This document shows positions 1 to 12,789 of a DNA stretch of 64,000 bases, in pieces (the stretch's first letter is position 1; every line of letters starts with the position of its first letter). The stretch comes from Nemertoderma westbladi (Eukaryota > Animalia > Xenacoelomorpha), in assembly GCA_032718475.1 (NCBI GenBank), contig JAUCBJ010008780.1, forward strand, positions 19,270 to 83,269, given 5' to 3'. A program made the translations under genes and the position numbers. The notes under the pieces are model-generated. The model was not told where the DNA came from, did not search any database, and worked only from the letters and a program-made list of their open reading frames with translations.

Positions 1-14
1 TTAGCCCAGTTATA

Positions 15-2552
15 TTGATTGCTCGGAGTTTAGTACAACAAATGTGGCTTGAAAACCACTCATGGGACGATCCACTTAAGGGAGAGTTGTTAAAGAAGTG
101 GATGAAATGGGAAGATTCTCTACCAGCTATCGAGAACTTTATAATTTCCCATTCATATTTTGGTCATGTTCTCCCTACGTATTCCTATCAACTCCATGTG
201 TTTGGAGACGCCAGCGATATGGGAATAGGTATAGTAGCCTACCTAAGGGTGGAAACTCCGGACGGAATCAAAGTTGCCTTGGTTACCTCTAAGGCATTGA
301 TAAACAATAAGTTGAAAGTTCCTCGAGCGGAGTTAAAAGCGGCTCTATACGCTACAGCCATCGGCCGGAATGTAACAGAACAGATCGACTATCCACTGGA
401 GAAAACTGTCTATTGGACCGACGCTTTACTCGTGTTGGAGTATATAACCAATGAAGTCTGTCAGTTCAGTGTCTTCGTTACCAATAGAGTAGCTATTATA
501 CTCAGTCGCACAACGATGGATCAATGGAGACATTGCCCCGGAACGATTAACCCAGCAGATATCGCCTCCAGGGGAGCAACTCCACAAGAACTGGTAGATA
601 CTCCAGACTGGCTAGGTGGACCCGACTTCCTCTACAAAGAAGAAGAAGAATGGCCTCCTCATCTTACTACCACAGAGATTAGACAGGCCAAGGGAGCGGA
701 GAAAGTCAAACCTAAAACTCGGGCGAGTAAATCGAAGTTATTCAAACCTATGGTAGATCTGTCTGTACTACATACTTCCGGAGACAACGCTTTGGATCAG
801 AAACCCACAGCCACAAATAAACTTGTTGTGGAAATCCGTGATAAGGATTGGAAATCTGGAATACCAGACGTCTCGCAAGGACTCTCACCTCTTCTGCAGA
901 GAGCGATACATCACTACAGTTCCTGGAATCGGCTCTGTAAGGCCGTTACATATTTAAAGAGATGTTTTCACCATCACTACTCCGGGATGAAGGCCAAAGG
1001 TGATACCGCTCCAATAACATCAGTGCAGGTCCATGTTATTAAAGATCTTCCCAAATATAAGATACCCGACAGGTTTCTGAAGGAGAAGATCAGTTATCAG
1101 GAGCATGAAGAAACCAACAAGCAGATGCTGAGACTCCTGCAATGCTATGAAGATTCCGATAAGTATTTCCTGTTGTTGAGAAATCCACAGATGCGCTTAA
1201 GGGATCGTTTCTCTAGCACAATGATAGATGGGTTGATATGTGTTGGAGGAAGATTAACGAATGCTCCATTATCCTTTGACACTAAGTTCCCCATACTCAT
1301 TAGAAATCTTGAAATACAAGTCAAGATGATTGTAGATGTTCACAGCAAACTTTATCATGCTGGTAGGGAACGAGTTCTTAGCGAAATTCGAACTCGCTAT
1401 TATTTTTATAAACCCCGTAGAGCTCTGAACCAAGTTCTTAGGAACTGTATACCCTGTAGGAAAGCATTCAGTAGGCCTTTAACACAGCGAGAGGCAGAAT
1501 TACCTAGGGAACGAGTAAGCTTCTATGAACCACCCTTCACTAATACCGGTGTGGATTTATTTGGCCCTATTGAAGTATATCGTGCTAGGACTATAGTCAA
1601 GAGATGGTGTGTAATCTTTGTTTGTATGACTTGTAGAGCTATCCATCTCGATATGGTGAACGATTTATCGACCAACAGCTTCCTATTAAGCTTACGACGA
1701 CAGATCGCTCGCTTTGGCACTAGTAACACGATGAGATCTGATAAGGGAACTAACTTCATTGGTGCCAACAATGAAATCAAAGCTTATGTCAAAGATTGGA
1801 ACCAAAGACAGGTGGACGATCAGCTACGAATAACAGCGTCTAGCTGGACCTTCAACGCCGCCGACGCCCCTTGGTGGGGATGAAGTTGGGAGAGATTAAT
1901 AAGAAGTGTGAAGACAGCATGTCACTTTATAGTGCCTTGCCGCGCGTATCTCACCGACGAACTTTTGCGGACGTTAATGGAGGAAATCGCCGCCTATCTC
2001 AATGAGAGACCGCTTATGCCAGTCTCATCGAGTCCCGATTCCCTGGAAGCGCTAACACCCGCGCACTTCCTACTGAAGAAACCTGTAGCCATGCTACCAC
2101 AATCGGAAATCACAGACGGAGACGAATACTGCCGGCAAACTTGGCAACTCATGCAGTTGTTATCCCGTCGTTTCGCTGATCATTTCAAAAAACATTATCT
2201 GCCCACGCTACAACTTCGAACTAAGTGGTTTGCGCAGCAAGAAAACGTCAGCGCTGGAGACATGGTTCTTATTGTGGATGTAGATCTTCCACATAAGCGG
2301 TGGCAGACAGGTCGTATCATCGAGACTCACATCTCTGATGATGGTTTGGTGCGATCGGTAGAACTCGTCGTCATGCGACGTTACTTCAAGAAATCGGGAA
2401 TTGTCTTCGAGACGCAGCAGCTCAATCGCCCAGTTGGTCGCTTATGTTTACTGGAAAGAGACAGAGAACTCTCCGGAAACTATGGGAGACAAGATACTCT
2501 TCCCACGACCACCTCCCTAATCCAACAAACATCTAGGGACTCCCCAGCTTAG
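15..2552 (+). pseudogene. pol: BEL/Pao pol C-terminal part (RNase H, integrase HHCC + DDE core, DUF5641-like tail) with one in-frame nonsense codon
   Basis: Motifs LHVFGDAS, VPRAELKAA, WTDA, NPADIASRG, H..YHAG...CIPC, GVDLFGP, SDKGTNF, APWWG*SWERLIRSVK. TGA at 1881-1883; ORF 1908-2552 is in the same frame. Confidence 0.93.
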
Positions 2553-3099
2553 TAGCATATGGAGTGGGTGTGTGACCATATTATTTTATATTCTTATTAT
2601 TTTATATTTATGTATGTATTATTATGTAATTTTATTATAATCGTTTTATTTAATTTTATTTAGTAGCATGTTATTTTAGCGATTATTTAGTAGATTAGTG
2701 CAATATGTTCGCGTTTATTACGTAATTACTTATATTATATATTTAGTGCGACGTCGAGAAATAATTATTTTTCTCTTTCCTTACTGCCCGTATTACATTA
2801 CGAATACGTAACTACAGTAAGATGAAATGTCCGTACTTATTAAAGTACCATAAAGCCACTACTATATTCAAGTATTATTGGTAGGCAGAGTATTAGGAAT
2901 GCAAAGTTCAGATCCTCGTGTCTCAGCTAAACCAAGCTCTGGGTAGACCTTGGAAACGACTTGCCTCTTCACACTGACATTGCTTTGTGCGATATTGCTC
3001 TCATACCGTATATTAAATAATATATATAGTAGCGTGATGTCCCTTTAACAGTAGCGTATAACGCAAAATAAATCTGTTTAACCCTTTGACCATCTGCAA

Positions 3100-3362
3100 T
3101 TCTAGTCGATTAAGATATCGTGGCACCCACCGATATACTTGAAAGACAAAATTCTAGAATCAGTGGTTAACGTCCCCAGACAAGTTCTGGAATAAACTGG
3201 TGCCCATCCTAAATATGAATTATTAATCTTTACAAAATATGTCAAATATCAGATCCTTTAAAATTCTAGTCGATTAAGATATCGTAGCACTTACCGATAC
3301 TCTTAAAAGGACAAAATTCCTAGAATCAAGGATCCCAGTCCCCAGACACGTTCTGGAATAAA
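3100..3362. repeat. Direct duplication (~95 bp core, ~165 bp period) in the 3' non-coding region of element A
   Basis: TCTAGTCGATTAAGATATCGT...CCCAGACA.GTTCTGGAATAAA occurs twice; also duplicated in element B (~18580-18840). Confidence 0.8.
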
Positions 3363-4183
3363 ATTGTGTCTATTTTAATATTAAATAATAAAATTTACGG
3401 GAATAAATTTAAATTCATATGTTTCAATGAATTTAATAAATTGTCATTTTATACAATTTATAACATTCCCAAAATTCCATTAATTAATAGATCATGGGAG
3501 TGGAGATTCACTCTATTAAGTGTATTTGTGTGCGAGAATCTCCAATATATAGTCAATAGCCGATAAAATTCATAAAATCATATATAGAGAGGATATTGAC
3601 AATTAAAGAATTACTATTAAATAGCATCCCAGATCTGCATGCATGAGAATTACCCTAATTCTACCGCTAGCTTTCCATAATGTCACCATGGCAACAACCA
3701 CGCTAGAATTAGAAGTGAGTTAAAAGAACAATAGAAAGCTTGCCCCATTGAATAGCATAGTGAATAAATAGCGCACTGCTAGTATCCAAGGATACATAAT
3801 AAATACAGTGACATTCTGGAAGGTACTGACTAACGGACAAATGGCCCGAATGTGTGCAGTTTATGGCAGTTGTGTTGAATTTGTGCGTTTGTAGGTGAAT
3901 GTTACTACTAAGGTGTGTTTACAGTAGCGAGTCGCAATTGTGAAAGTAGCCCTAACCCTCCAGAAAGAACCTGAAGTACATCTAAGCCTTTGGGACGGAC
4001 AGTGGAGTGACTTGTGCCGGTTATCGTTGTCGTTGTGTAGCTACATCGTTGGCGAAAGCACAGCGACGACGGTACATCGGCGCTGAGGATCTTACACTGT
4101 CCGGGGGCAAAAGAGGGGTAGGCAGCGACGCCCGCTAGCCTAATATATAAACTCATTATAATATTGATAAACTCATAGCAGAT

Positions 4184-5671
4184 ATGACTGAGTTGATAGA
4201 AGATGATCTTGGTATCAGGGAGCGATATACTCTACCTTTACAAGCGTTTGTCGATAGCTTGATACGCGGCGACGCTGGTCCAACTACTACGGAGGATGAT
4301 GGTCGTTATATCGAACCGCCAATGTCCCCGGAGCAACTTCTCGCTATACGCATCGTAATGGTACGTATATGGACTTCTTAGCTACTGGTCATCCTATCGA
4401 CCTACACGATATGAACGATATAGACACCAAAAGGGAAATGGTTTATTTAAATATCATACCCAGCGGAAGCGGAACGATAAACTGAGACTCGAACACGAAA
4501 ATTATATTCGAAACCGACTCGAGAGTGCAGATGTCGAAGAGCCGGATAAACGCAGCGACTTCACCAAATACCTGGAATTCTTGAGAGAAACCTATCTCGA
4601 TATTACCAGTCAACAGAATCTAGAAACTCGATATCCTCAAGGTATACATCATGACCGCATGGTAGAACTCAAACGGCTCTATTCCACTATGATGTATCTT
4701 ACCGCCGATCGACCGCTACCTGTTGTACCGGATAGCTTCGAACGGATGGAGGAATATTGTAAGCTGGAGAAAGATCACTCGCATTTCCCCTACAAGACGT
4801 GCGTTTTTGGTATTATTGCGATGAATGTCCAAGACCCAACCAACAAACGGAAAGACATAAACATCCGCGGAGACGTTGCTTTAAACACGGTTTTACTCGC
4901 TATATTTACGGGAGTTTCAAGCGAAACTTGTTCGATGTATCACCTACGCTCGTTCGACTCAGACGATCCTTAAATAAACCAATGATCAGAGTTTTGGAAT
5001 ACTCGATCAGATCTCCTCATTCCCTAGTGAGACCTCAGACTCTTGATCCTATTAGTATGACGGATCCTCCCGAGCTGTATTCACTGTTCAAAGATCTAGT
5101 GTTACCCTAACAATTAATCGGTAACACTCCGGCAGTGAGCTCTAGTTAGCCGCCCATCTTACCTAGCCGTATTGGGACGCGGACACCTAATATCGCCATT
5201 CAACCATATAGTCGTCCCAGTTTAACGCGATACAACCCTTCATCAAGGTGGAGGAGAGCGTTGTACGAAACGAGTTAAACGCTATTCTACAAAGATCAGA
5301 AAGGAAACCTGCGTTTGTTCAGATAAACGTAAGTTGTAATAGCAGGTCCAAGCGGTAAACAAAGTAAATTTATCTCAGTTCGATCGGGAAATCCAGAATC
5401 TCTAAGAAGTTATCGAACTTGGACGACCCTATTCTCTGCGAGAGTTTTTGGATGAACGTATCCAGCTACGAGCGGAGGAAAATCAGCTCGAGGAGAAGCA
5501 TATCGAAACGGCGGATACCCCGACCATAATCCTACACCTTCTGATGCAATCATATTGCACCCTTCACCCAGGATTTATAGCCCTCCTAGTAAAGTGGCTC
5601 CCCCCAAAGAGAAAAGGACTCTTGTTAGCCTCAAAAAACTGCGTAAACGCCGTCCGTGTAAGAAAGACTAA
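4184..5671 (+). pseudogene. Frameshifted accessory 3' ORF of element A (unknown function)
   Basis: MTELIEDDLGIRERY... matches ORF 17139-17768 of element B. The last ~55 codons match the basic C-terminus of ORF 14697-16472. Confidence 0.75.
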
Positions 5672-5740
5672 CTGTTTAGAGTATTTCTATATTTTAGAAA
5701 CTGTGATTTGTTATATTTTATAGACTTAAATCCCATTTTC

Positions 5741-5749
5741 TGGGAGCGG
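5741..5749 (+). promoter_or_regulatory. Polypurine-tract-like site preceding the 3' LTR
   Basis: TGGGAGCGG directly before TGTAAAGG; identical motif in element B (14619-14627, minus) and GGAGCGG after pol at ~50561. Confidence 0.7.
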
Positions 5750-6927
5750 TGTAAAGGCTTTTGCATAATCAGCCGGTTATTTTCCCCGTAAAGTACTCTT
5801 TAGTTGGTTTAACAGGCATAAAAGGCCGTGTCCTTACTGTATTGTTGTTTTAGAGGACATAAAAGCCATTTCTTCTGTATGTGTACTTTAGCGGACATGA
5901 TTAGCAATTCTATGACGCAATACGCCGGATCCTCTTGAAACAGTGTAGAGACCATGACGACGGCTAACAGCTGATATTGCCACGTGGAACATCTCTTTGT
6001 TCTTTGTTCTCTCTTTGTTCGGTCGACCAATCAGAGCGTTTTTTGCCTCTGTGTTGGAGATTGTATATAGAAACTAGTGAAGTGAGTCAGTATGTGATTT
6101 TGTCCACAGCCTACAACACCGGCGTGGAACCTCCGTGTTTCAGTCTTTAGTTCAACATTAGTAGGCTTAATTATAGAGCGTATATCCGTTATCTCAACTT
6201 ATCACACTAATCTAATCTCATAACTTAATCATAAATCATACTCACTCATAACATACTTTAACATTACTGCTTTTGCTGTCGGTTATTCATTATATTTGTT
6301 GATGGAATATTATATTTGAAATACGTATCAATAATCAGACACCCCAATCTTCTTGATATACTAAAGGTTAGAGAGACCGGTTACATATAACGATTGTGAC
6401 TTATATTAAGTGGTTTGAAGTGAATCTAATGCTATTTTATAGGCCCTACATGTATTGTCTGTTATTCTCTTTGTATGTGACTAAAATTAGTGAAGGTCGG
6501 CAGATTGGTGTGCAGCATTGTGCAGTATTGTGTATGATTGTGATTGATAACGAAGCATCTCCTAAAGAATGCGCCATATACGTGAATCTATAGCCATCCC
6601 GTTGTGTATAGTTTAAGTCATAACTCTGTTTATATATTTAAAGCGCCACGTCCTAAAGGAACTGTTAATATTTCCCGAAAGTGAATAATATTTGTCAGAG
6701 ATTATATATATTAAGATCAGTCGAATAATACAGTAGGCCTATCCCGCAATTCGATTAGGCTTCTGAATCCAGTCTCCCGGGTATATCCAGCGGGTGAATG
6801 ATCGCGCATAGACTGGTTTCGGCTAATGTAGTGTATCAAATATTTGTCGTAGGCTAAAGACTATCTATTATCTAGAAGACATCCTAATTTGGCAGGTTAA
6901 ACTGCTAAAGGTCTGAAAGCGCGAACA
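5750..6927 (+). repeat. 3' LTR of element A (~1178 bp)
   Basis: Starts TGTAAAGG, ends GCGCGAACA; 3' two-thirds homologous to element B LTRs. Confidence 0.88.
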
Positions 6928-7250
6928 AAGTCGTTAAGTTATAATTACTCGCACATTACTATTTTAGTAACTTTATACAGTTTTAAAGCTTTCATTATAT
7001 TATAAGTTTCCTACAATATAAACTATTGTTCTTAATTAATTAATTAGTTCTTAACCCAGCAAGTCCCGGACCATGAATGCTTCAATGAAATTTCTTGAAA
7101 TTTTTATTGTGAGCATAAAGTGGACCTATTAAGAAAATTCCAAACTTTGGTTAACGTACATATATGGGAAGATAGATTTTACATAGGGTCTACAAATGTA
7201 GACGTTAGGACTTCAAGGGTACAAAAATACACTTATTTTGTGCAAAAATA

Positions 7251-7817
7251 TGTGCAGACAGTGGTGCGGACACTGGTGCAGTCAGTGGTGCAGACACCTG
7301 GTGCAGACAGTGGTGCAGACAGTGGTGCAGACAGTGGTGCAGACACTGGTGCAGACACTGGTGCAGACAATGGTGCAGACAGTGGTGCAGACACTGGTGC
7401 AGACTTTGGTGCAGACAGTGGTGCAGACACTGGTGCAGACACTGGTACAGACACTGGTGCAGACAGTGGTGCAGACACTGGTGCAGACAGTGGTGCGGAC
7501 ACTGGTGCAGACAGTGGTGCAGACAGTGGTGCAGACACCTGGTGCAGACAGTGGTGCAGACAGTGGTGCAGACAGTGATGCAGACAGTGATGCAGACACC
7601 TGGTGCAGACACTGGTGCAGACAGTGGTGCAGACACGCGTGCAGACAGTGGTGCAGACAGTGGTGCAGACACTGGTGCAGACAGTGGTGCAGACAGTGGT
7701 GCGGACACTGGTGCAGACAGTGGTGCAGACACCTGGTGCAGACAGTGGTGCAGACACTGGTACAGACACTGGTGCGGACAGTGGTGCACACACTGGTGCA
7801 GACAGTGGTGCAGACAC
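7251..7817. repeat. 12-bp minisatellite (GGTGCAGACA[C/G]T)n, ~47 units, occasional 13-bp variants
   Basis: Directly visible tandem array. Confidence 0.97.
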
Positions 7818-7819
7818 AT

Positions 7820-8590
7820 GCATCATGCTGCATGAAGGCCTTTTAGCAGTTTCAACAGCCCTTTTCAGCATTTATCATGCTGCACGAAGGCATCTGAACA
7901 GTTTCAACAGCTATTTTCAGCATTCTCATATTGCACAAATCCCTCTGAACAACTTCAAATGTTATTTTTTAGCATTTATGCTGCATGAAGGACTTTGAAC
8001 AGTTTTATAACTTTCAACAGCAATTTTCAGCTTTTCTCATGTTGCACAAAGCCATCTGAACAGTTTTATCAACTCTTTTCAGTATTTCACCTTCTGTGCG
8101 AAGGCCTGAAAGTTTCAAAACTTATTTTCAGTCTTTCTCAAGCTACTCGAAGACCGCTGAACAGTTTCAACAGCTCTTTTCAGCATTTATCATGCTGCAC
8201 AAAGCTCTGAATAGTTTCATTTCAAAATCTTTTTTCAGCGTTTATCATGCTGCACAAAGGTCTCTGAGCAGCTTTGAGAGATCTTTTATGTATTTTTCAA
8301 ACTGTGCGAAGGCCCCTGGGCAGTTTTATCAGTTCTTTTCAGTTTTTCTCATGATACATGATACCCTCTGAACAATTTCAACAGCACTTTTCAGCATTTA
8401 TCATGCTGCACAAAGGACTCTGAACAGTTTTAGTGGCTCTTTTCAGGTATTTAACATGCTGCGCGAAGGCCTGAATAATTTCAAAAGCTCTTTTCAGTAT
8501 TTAAAATGCAGCAAGAATGTCTCTAACCAAAGCGTTTTGACAGCTTGTTTCAGTATTTGTGATGCTACTTGACTGCTTGAAGGCCTCTAA
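7820..8590. repeat. Degenerate ~50-bp tandem repeat
   Basis: Recurring TCATGCTGCACGAAGG...TGAACAGTTTCAACAGCTCTTTTCAGCATTTA-like units. Confidence 0.85.
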
Positions 8591-8632
8591 ATAGATTTGG
8601 TGGGGTTGAAATGAACATAAGAACCCAGCGTT

Positions 8633-8905
8633 CATGTCAATATTGACATTAGATGTCAATATTGACATGCAATAAAACATACTGTATCATTAAAATTATT
8701 ACAAACAACAATATACATTGGTTGGATTCAACAATATTTTAATTAAAATAGATATTCTCTTTACAAAAAAACATTTTCTACTTTTCAAATCACAATATTT
8801 AAAAAATTTATGATCAAAACATGTCAATATTGACATCATGTCAATTTTGACATGGAACATGTCAATATTGACAACATGTCAATATTGACAAAGTGCCCGA
8901 CTGTA
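8633..8905. repeat. Array of palindromes TGTCAATATTGACA, probable MITE remnant
   Basis: Six copies (one imperfect) of the 14-bp palindrome; ends CCCGACTGTA, resembling a Tc1/mariner-type terminus. Confidence 0.65.
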
Positions 8906-9769
8906 CAGTACCTACTCTATGTCAGGTGAAATTATGAGCCCCTGTATCCTGTATCCATATTCCTGTATGAAATGTCTTCTGAAATTACAGTATATACTGT
9001 ACTACAGTAATTTCAGTGATATTTTGTACCCCTTAAGTCCTAAGGTCTACATTTGTAGACTTGCTCATTCAGGACATCACGAATTCTAATTACATGTTGT
9101 TGGGAGCTTCATAATTCATTTATATGTTCAGAAATTATCAGGGATGATAATATTTGCATCTCCAAGTCACATGAGGCAACTTTCGTCCTAAAATTAGAGT
9201 TGAATTGACTCGCCCTTTTTTTGCATAAATTCACTAAAATTGAGCTTTTGTCAGATGTTAGTATTGCGAACATGAGGGCTAAAATTTACTTTAAATAGTA
9301 CTCCCATGCCTCTAAGTCTGATTTATAGTGAAAATACTAAATAAATTGGTACAGCTTTTAATTGAGAGCACCATATTGCATGGGTCTACAAATGTAGACC
9401 TTAGGACTTAATGGGTTAATTAATTGAATTCTTCTAATTATGTAACAAATATTGATTTATTAATTAGATTTATCACATTTTCTTAAGGATTTATATTAAT
9501 GAATGATTTATTGTTATATGTATAATTTATTCAGTGCCTCTGTATAAAGTAATTAATTATTTTTATTGTCTGAGTTAGAAAAGTCGCCTTCCTAAATTAC
9601 TGGTAGTCGAATTTCAATAATTCTTAGAATCGTTTAACATCATGTACATTACATCTTTATCGTTGAGTCGGGCATTGTCATGCTCTCGGTAAAGTTGTAC
9701 ATGTACATAGTGTAATTACGTTTTATATGGGTTTTAGGTTAGCGTAGTGTAATATTGTATTTGTAACCA

Positions 9770-9918
9770 AGTAACATAAAGGACCCCCTTGGAAATAAGC
9801 TGCAAAGCTTTAGGGGTAATCCTATATGTTATATTGGACAATACCTTTATACCGGTAAATTGTTTGGTGTATTTGTTATTGTTTTTACATAATGTATAAA
9901 TAAATCTATCTATCTATC
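9770..9918 (+). mobile_element. CR1/L2-group LINE (or derived SINE) 3' tail
   Basis: CCCCTTGGAAATAAGC...GCTTTAGGGG stem motif, then AATAAA followed by a (TCTA)n tail. Confidence 0.55.
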
Positions 9919-10243
9919 AGTAAATACTCCAAATTCAAATGCTTTTATGTTATAATGCATGATTTTGTTATCTTGGAAGTAATTTACAGTGCATAGTAAG
10001 CCACATCAAAGTTTTGATTTTTGGAATCACGTTCTTTACATTTGGAAATGTGGGAAGACAATACTTTTCCGATGGGATTTTCGGTGCAAAACAACTAAAA
10101 ATACATTTCTACATTGGATTTTAATTATGGTAAAAAAAAGGTTCTACCACTGAAATGAGAGTAATATTTTCGTAAAGTACAGGATTTCGAAATGACCATA
10201 AGGAAAATAATTTATGATATATTTTTTCAAATATAATGCTTAA

Positions 10244-11328
10244 CCCTATTACCACTGGGGTGTTTTGACCATTAGCACCCCTGGGGGGGGGGGGGGGGGG
10301 GGGATTCGGCCCACCCACTATTTGTAGTCGTCCAATGAAATCCTACAAAATTTGGGCTGTTGGTGAAACAACTATAGATGAACACTACCAAACCTTAAAA
10401 AGTTAAAATTTCATAAGCAGCGACTCATAATTTTGATGAAAAATAAAAGTAGTCCCAGGACAAAATTACAAAATTTTTCGTTTTCTAAAAACTAATAGTG
10501 TGGCAGTGTTGGTTAGATTTAGTAGGTTTTTCAAGACGCTGAATCGAATGTGATTATATTCCACTTCCAAAAATTGAAGTTAATGCTATTTTTCGTGCAC
10601 CTAAGAAGTGGGCGTGGCACTTCAAATTTTGAAAAATACGAGATTCGGAAAATAAACCAAAATTGAAATTTTAACGAATTTATATAGGTTTTCCAGACCG
10701 CTGAATCGATTGAAAGTAATATAGAAGCCTGAAGACTTAGAAGTTAGCCATTTTTTGAAATCAAAACTTTAGTGTTTTTTCCGAATAAAGTAATTTTGAA
10801 AATTTGAAGTGCCACGCCCTAATTTTGGTGCACCAAAAATGGCGAACCACTAAGTCTTCAGGCTTCTATATTACTTTCAATCGATTCAGCGCTCCAGAAA
10901 ACCTATAAAAATGCTTCGAAATCAGAACTTTAGTAAATTTTCCGAATAAAGTAATTTTGAAATTTTAAAGTGCCACGCCCTAAATTTGGTGCTCCAAAAA
11001 TGACGTACCACTACACTTACATACTTGTATAGAGCATTAGAGTGATCCAAACCAATAAAAATAGCCAAACATAAATAATTACTAAATCACGAATGACTTT
11101 GTAAAATTCGAAAATTTCAAAAAATTTGGTGCTGGAGACCAAATTTTGAGGTGGCACCCACATCAAAAAGTAGAAATCCAATTGCAACGGCGTTTTTTGC
11201 AAAAGATGCGGCATTAAATTTGGCTAATTCTCACAAAAAATTGGGCCGGTACGTAATGTGGTTGCATAGTTACAGCAACTAAAAACTAAGAAGGGGCCGA
11301 TTCGCCCCCCCCCCCAGTGGTAATAGGG
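10244..11328. mobile_element. piggyBac-type MITE
   Basis: Perfect 17-bp TIR CCCTATTACCACTGGGG / CCCCAGTGGTAATAGGG, TTAA on both sides, internal inverted and direct repeats. Confidence 0.9.
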
Positions 11329-11609
11329 TTAAGCCTAAAGATCTGGTGTCATTGTGTCCCTATATGAGTATATAGTAGATCGTTTGATCAAAGTTGATAG
11401 CAAGAAAAATTACAGTATTGGACGGACGATCACAATGGAAGCTGGAAATTTTCAGATCACATATTAATTGTTGATTGCAGTGTACACCAACGGTTAGTAA
11501 AAATTAAATTACAATTTTAAACATTGCCGTTTAAAATGGCCTAACTCTGAATTTAGAAAATCATGTAGAGTTCGGCCATTTTAAACGGCACTGTTTAAAA
11601 TGGCTTAAG

Positions 11610-12495
11610 GGGGGGGTACACCATTTTCGGTCAACTCTTCGATTTGTCACTCTCAGCGTTTCAAAATTGTTTGGTTTTGGCTAAAATTTGGCTTATAGGT
11701 GCCTAAGATGCTATTCTACATGACAGGTCAGAAAAAAAATTTTTTCCGCTATTTAATATTAGTTAATACTAGTTAACAATAAAAAAAACTTGGTTGCGCG
11801 TAAAACCCTAAGGCTTTTACAGTTTTGATTCTAATCACATGAAAGTTTTTTTATATGATAGATCAAAGATGGGGCAACATAACTATCAGGCGAAATTTTG
11901 TTAAAATAATTCTGCACCGCTAGGTGGCGCTGCAAATTTATGCAAATTTTTAGGTTTTTTATAAATAGCATTAAATTTTATTAACAAAAAATTTCGAAAA
12001 GTTGCCTGATACTTTTATGCAGGGTGGCTATCTAGACACCCACAGGAAGTTTCAGACTAATTACTCAAAAATTGTAGAAGTAGTAGGGTTTTGAAGTTGA
12101 CAATTTCATGAAAAAAATATTTGGAGATAATCGACCTTTTATTATACATAGTAATAGTAATTTCAATAGGATTCCCTAAATGGAAATTTACATAACTTAA
12201 AAACTAAAAGAGCTATTAAAATGCGGTTTTCAGATTTGGAAACACCATTCAATGGTGCATTGTAATAGACCATAAAAAAAATTTCGACATATTTTGGACC
12301 AAAATGGTGTAAAAATGTAAGATTCAAATGTATTATTCAATGACAAATGAAATTAAATTATTTAATTGTACTGGCTCGGAACATTGAAAATTTATATATT
12401 TCATTTTCAAAAATAGATCTAGTTGACAGCAAATTTTTTCAGCTTTCCATTGATATTTATAACTCATTTTTTTCAAAAAAATCACTTAGCACCTT
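11610..12495. mobile_element. Possible Kolobok-like DNA element remnant(s)
   Basis: TTAA-GGGG... left end and ...CACCTTTTTAA right end; the two ends do not match each other. Confidence 0.25.
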
Positions 12496-12789
12496 TTTAA
12501 CGCCACCCGACGATTCCTAACTCAGTTGTTCGATTCAACCGCGTAATCTTTTTCCAACTTAAATGGAGCAAGTGACTGACTGACTTCTTGCTTATGTTTC
12601 ATGGACGCGGAGGCAACTACTGACTGGCTGATACAATACAGCAATAGGCCTAACTACACAAAATGCAGTATTATTGCCTAGTAACCGAATTATACCTACT
12701 ACAATACAATATTTTTAATAAAGCAGCATACAGTATATTTTATCTTTTTTATTTTTACAAAGTAACAATTTATTTTTTCTAGATTCAAG

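Larger units (their letters stand above)
1..6927 (+). mobile_element. BEL/Pao LTR retrotransposon copy A, 3' part (pol end, long 3' region with accessory ORF, PPT, 3' LTR)
   Basis: Pao-type RNase H and integrase ORF. 3' region is homologous to element B (14619-19500, opposite strand). PPT is followed by a TG...CA LTR. Confidence 0.92.
7055..9415. mobile_element. Non-autonomous piggyBac-type (TTAA) DNA element carrying satellites
   Basis: TTAA|CCCAGCAAGTCC ... GGACTTAATGGG|TTAA (10/12 TIR match); subterminal palindrome GTCTACAAATGTAGAC at ~7187, ~9045 (inverted) and ~9384. Confidence 0.7.

Noticed and set aside
1881-1883. TGA in pol as programmed readthrough
   Set aside because: Falls in the conserved WWGG.WER integrase motif; a GGA>TGA nonsense mutation is simpler.
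7120-7998. Overlapping ORFs (GADS/VQT/CLHH repeats) and a superficially CRISPR-like array
   Set aside because: Products of a stop-free 12-bp minisatellite; no unique spacers, no cas genes, eukaryotic TE context.
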